Assembly (NCBI GenBank): GCA_044360615.1
Contig: JBIKKC010000002.1
Span: 1-44,518, forward strand
Length of the DNA stretch: 44,518 nucleotides
Origin: Bacteroidia bacterium
Lineage (GTDB): Bacteria; Bacteroidota; Bacteroidia; UKL13-3
Direction of reading: 5' to 3'
Shown here: in pieces, positions 42,699 through 44,518 of the stretch
Numbering within the stretch: the stretch's first letter is position 1
Layout: every line of letters begins with the position of its first letter
Made by a program: the position numbers and the translations under genes
The notes under the pieces: generated by a model
What the model saw: the letters and a program-made list of their open reading frames with translations, nothing else
The model's database searches: none
Told to the model about the DNA's origin: nothing

Positions 42699-42764
42699 TG
42701 TGTTTATTACTAAATATATTGGAGAAACATAATGGATGTAAAAATGTTTTCAAAATAAAAGGTT

Positions 42765-43667
42765 ATGACAAAAATCATCCTAACAGGCGGCACAGGTAAT
42801 ATTGGGAAAACGCTAACAAAGACTTTAGAAAATATTGGCAACGAGGTATATACACTTACCCGGAACCCTAAAACAGGGAACAAAAAACATATTTTTTGGG
42901 ACCCAGAAAAAGGCATTTTGGACCCCAAAGATTTAGCAGATGCAGAAAGTATAATCCATTTGGCAGGTGCTGGTGTGGCAGATCACCGTTGGACCCAAGC
43001 ATACAAGGATGAAATAATGAGCAGCAGGGTGTTAGGTACTAGGATATTGGCCAAAACCCTAGCACAGGCAAACCACAAACTTAAAAGCTTTGTATCGGCC
43101 TCCGCGGTTGGCATTTATGGGACCCATCCAACTGGAATTGTAAGCGAGGATTACCCGGCAGATGTTAATTTTTTAGCACAGGTGTGTGTAGCTTGGGAAG
43201 AAGAAACTAAGGCTATCTCCAATTTAGGGATTCCGGTAAGTATTGCCAGAATAGGGATTGTATTGAGCAAGGATGGCGGTTTTGTTAAAGAGATTGGCAA
43301 CTTGGCCAAATGGGGTTTGGCTGCCCCTTTAGGAAATGGGAAAATGATTGTACCCTGGATACATGTAGATGATTTATGCAGGATGTTAATTTTCCTTAGT
43401 AAACACCCAGAACTACAGGGTCCCTTTAATGCAGTAGCGCCAAATGTGGCAAGTAATGCAGAACTTACCAAATTGATAGCCAAAAACTTAAATAGACCGG
43501 CCTTTTTGCCTCCTGTTCCTGACTTTATGCTCAAACTTATGATGGGAGAAATGGGGCAAATGTTATTGTCGGATCAAAACATTTCTGCTGAAAAAATTTG
43601 CGCTAGTGGATTTGGATTTAATTATCTTTACGCTAAAGATGCAATTACCCAACTCCTTAAAAAGTAA
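42765..43667 (+). CDS. TIGR01777/YfcH-like atypical SDR (epimerase family with DUF1731 C-terminus)
   Basis: ILTGGTGNIG Rossmann motif. C-terminal SGFGFNY...A type ending typical of YfcH-like proteins. Confidence 0.8.
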   Translation: MTKIILTGGTGNIGKTLTKTLENIGNEVYTLTRNPKTGNKKHIFWDPEKGILDPKDLADAESIIHLAGAGVADHRWTQAYKDEIMSSRVLGTRILAKTLAQANHKLKSFVSASAVGIYGTHPTGIVSEDYPADVNFLAQVCVAWEEETKAISNLGIPVSIARIGIVLSKDGGFVKEIGNLAKWGLAAPLGNGKMIVPWIHVDDLCRMLIFLSKHPELQGPFNAVAPNVASNAELTKLIAKNLNRPAFLPPVPDFMLKLMMGEMGQMLLSDQNISAEKICASGFGFNYLYAKDAITQLLKK

Positions 43668-43670
43668 ACC

Positions 43671-44518
43671 ATGAGAAAATTCCTCTGCCTGTTTCTATTT
43701 TTGAACCTCTTCATTTTTAGCCTAAACGCACAAACCAATTTACGTTTTAGTGATGCAGTATTTGCAAAAATCTTAGAAGGAAATTATGCTCCTAGTAGCT
43801 ACTACCAAAGCACTTTACCAAGTACAAAAAATGTAATTCTTAATGAATTAAAAAAGGGCGTTTCGGCAGATTCATTATTAAACTATTTAGTGGCATTAGA
43901 GCAATTTAAAAACAGGAATACGGGTTCAGACACGCTTTCTTTAACCAATGGAATTGGCGCTGCCAGAAATTGGGCCTTGGCTAAATTTAAGAGTTTTGCC
44001 ACCGTTAATAATAGTCCACTACTTAGTGGTTTCTTCCAATTTGATAAAATGATTTGCAGCATGACCACACATAAAAATGTGGTAGCAATTTTACCAGGGA
44101 CAGATACGAGTGCAAAAGGCTTTATAATTTTAGAAGCACACCTTGATAGCCGTTGCGAAAATGCTTGCGATACTGCTTGCATAGCCCAAGGAATGGAAGA
44201 CAATGGAAGCGGGGTAGCCTTGGTTTTAGAATTGGCAAGGGTTATGAGTAAACAAAAATTTTCTAGGACCATAGTATTTATGCTAACCACCGCCGAAGAA
44301 CAAGGTTTAGATGGTGCCAATGCCTTTGCTATTTATTGTAAAACTAACAATTTGCCAGTAAGAGCTGTTTTAAATAATGATGTAATTGGTGGCATTATTT
44401 GCGGAAAAACGGCTTCACCTCCAGGTTGCCCAGCAGAAAATGATGTAGATAGCATTAATGTCAGGATTTTTTCTGCAGGTTCCAATTACTCGCAACCCAA
44501 AGGATTGGCAAGGTTTGT
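43671..44518 (+). CDS. secreted M28-family zinc aminopeptidase, N-terminal ~282 codons (continues beyond window)
   Basis: Absent from the track because it is open-ended. ATG 43671, signal peptide MRKFLCLFLFLNLFIFSLNAQ. HLDS, MEDNGSGVALVLELAR and TTAEEQGLDGA metal-ligand motifs. No stop to the window end. Confidence 0.8.
   Translation, partial: MRKFLCLFLFLNLFIFSLNAQTNLRFSDAVFAKILEGNYAPSSYYQSTLPSTKNVILNELKKGVSADSLLNYLVALEQFKNRNTGSDTLSLTNGIGAARNWALAKFKSFATVNNSPLLSGFFQFDKMICSMTTHKNVVAILPGTDTSAKGFIILEAHLDSRCENACDTACIAQGMEDNGSGVALVLELARVMSKQKFSRTIVFMLTTAEEQGLDGANAFAIYCKTNNLPVRAVLNNDVIGGIICGKTASPPGCPAENDVDSINVRIFSAGSNYSQPKGLARF

Noticed and set aside
42568-42928. Two minus-strand ORFs (42568-42753, 42710-42928) in and around the CarH/SDR divergent region
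   Set aside because: They overlap the 5' ends of two supported genes in other frames. Their sequences are hydrophobic or low-complexity with no motifs.
43151-44320. Minus-strand ORFs 43151-43534 and 43883-44320
   Set aside because: They are antisense to the YfcH-like SDR and the M28 peptidase genes respectively. Ala/Ser/Leu-rich shadow frames.

Overview
AT-rich chromosomal segment that looks like Bacteroidota: TAnnTTTG-type -7 boxes, a GLPGLI-family protein, tightly packed operons with TAATG/ATGA stop-start overlaps. Layout: (1) 1-11.9 kb is housekeeping: purA (partial), a Fur-family regulator, RelA/SpoT, tRNA-Leu, tig, a soluble acyl-ACP desaturase, tatD, yqgE/algH, pdxH, a WecA/MraY-family transferase, rdgB and ilvE. 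(2) 11.9-24.0 kb is a ten-gene minus-strand Wzx/Wzy-type polysaccharide operon: four GT2 genes (three membrane-embedded, two of them tandem paralogs), one GT4, a methyltransferase, Wzy, Wzx, a Wzc-like protein with degenerate kinase motifs, and a half-length TolC-like protein where a Wza/OPX exporter would be expected. (3) 24.2-31.6 kb is a divergent five-gene plus-strand block. It contains the most unusual object in the window, an 812-aa GLIC/ELIC-like pentameric ligand-gated ion channel with a complete family-5 solute-binding domain fused after M4. A secreted MORN-vWA protein and an in-frame Maf::TlpA-thioredoxin fusion follow it. (4) 32.8-35.0 kb is a tRNA-Asn-linked islet. It holds an intact tRNA-Asn, a small GIY-YIG gene that reads into a rearranged pseudo-tRNA-Asn, an AAA ATPase with a PD-(D/E)xK nuclease domain bracketed by duplicated hairpin elements, and a third tRNA-Asn 3' fragment forming ~80-bp direct repeats. 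(5) 35-44.5 kb holds tex, slyD, a membrane protein, comEC, an enoyl-CoA hydratase, a GLPGLI protein, a CarH/LitR-type B12 photoreceptor regulator, a yfcH-like SDR and an M28 peptidase (partial). The relA/tRNA-Leu intergenic region holds a MITE-like repeat cluster. I recognised no rRNA, CRISPR array, transposase, integrase or phage structural gene. All calls come from reading the sequence and translations by eye; no database search was run.
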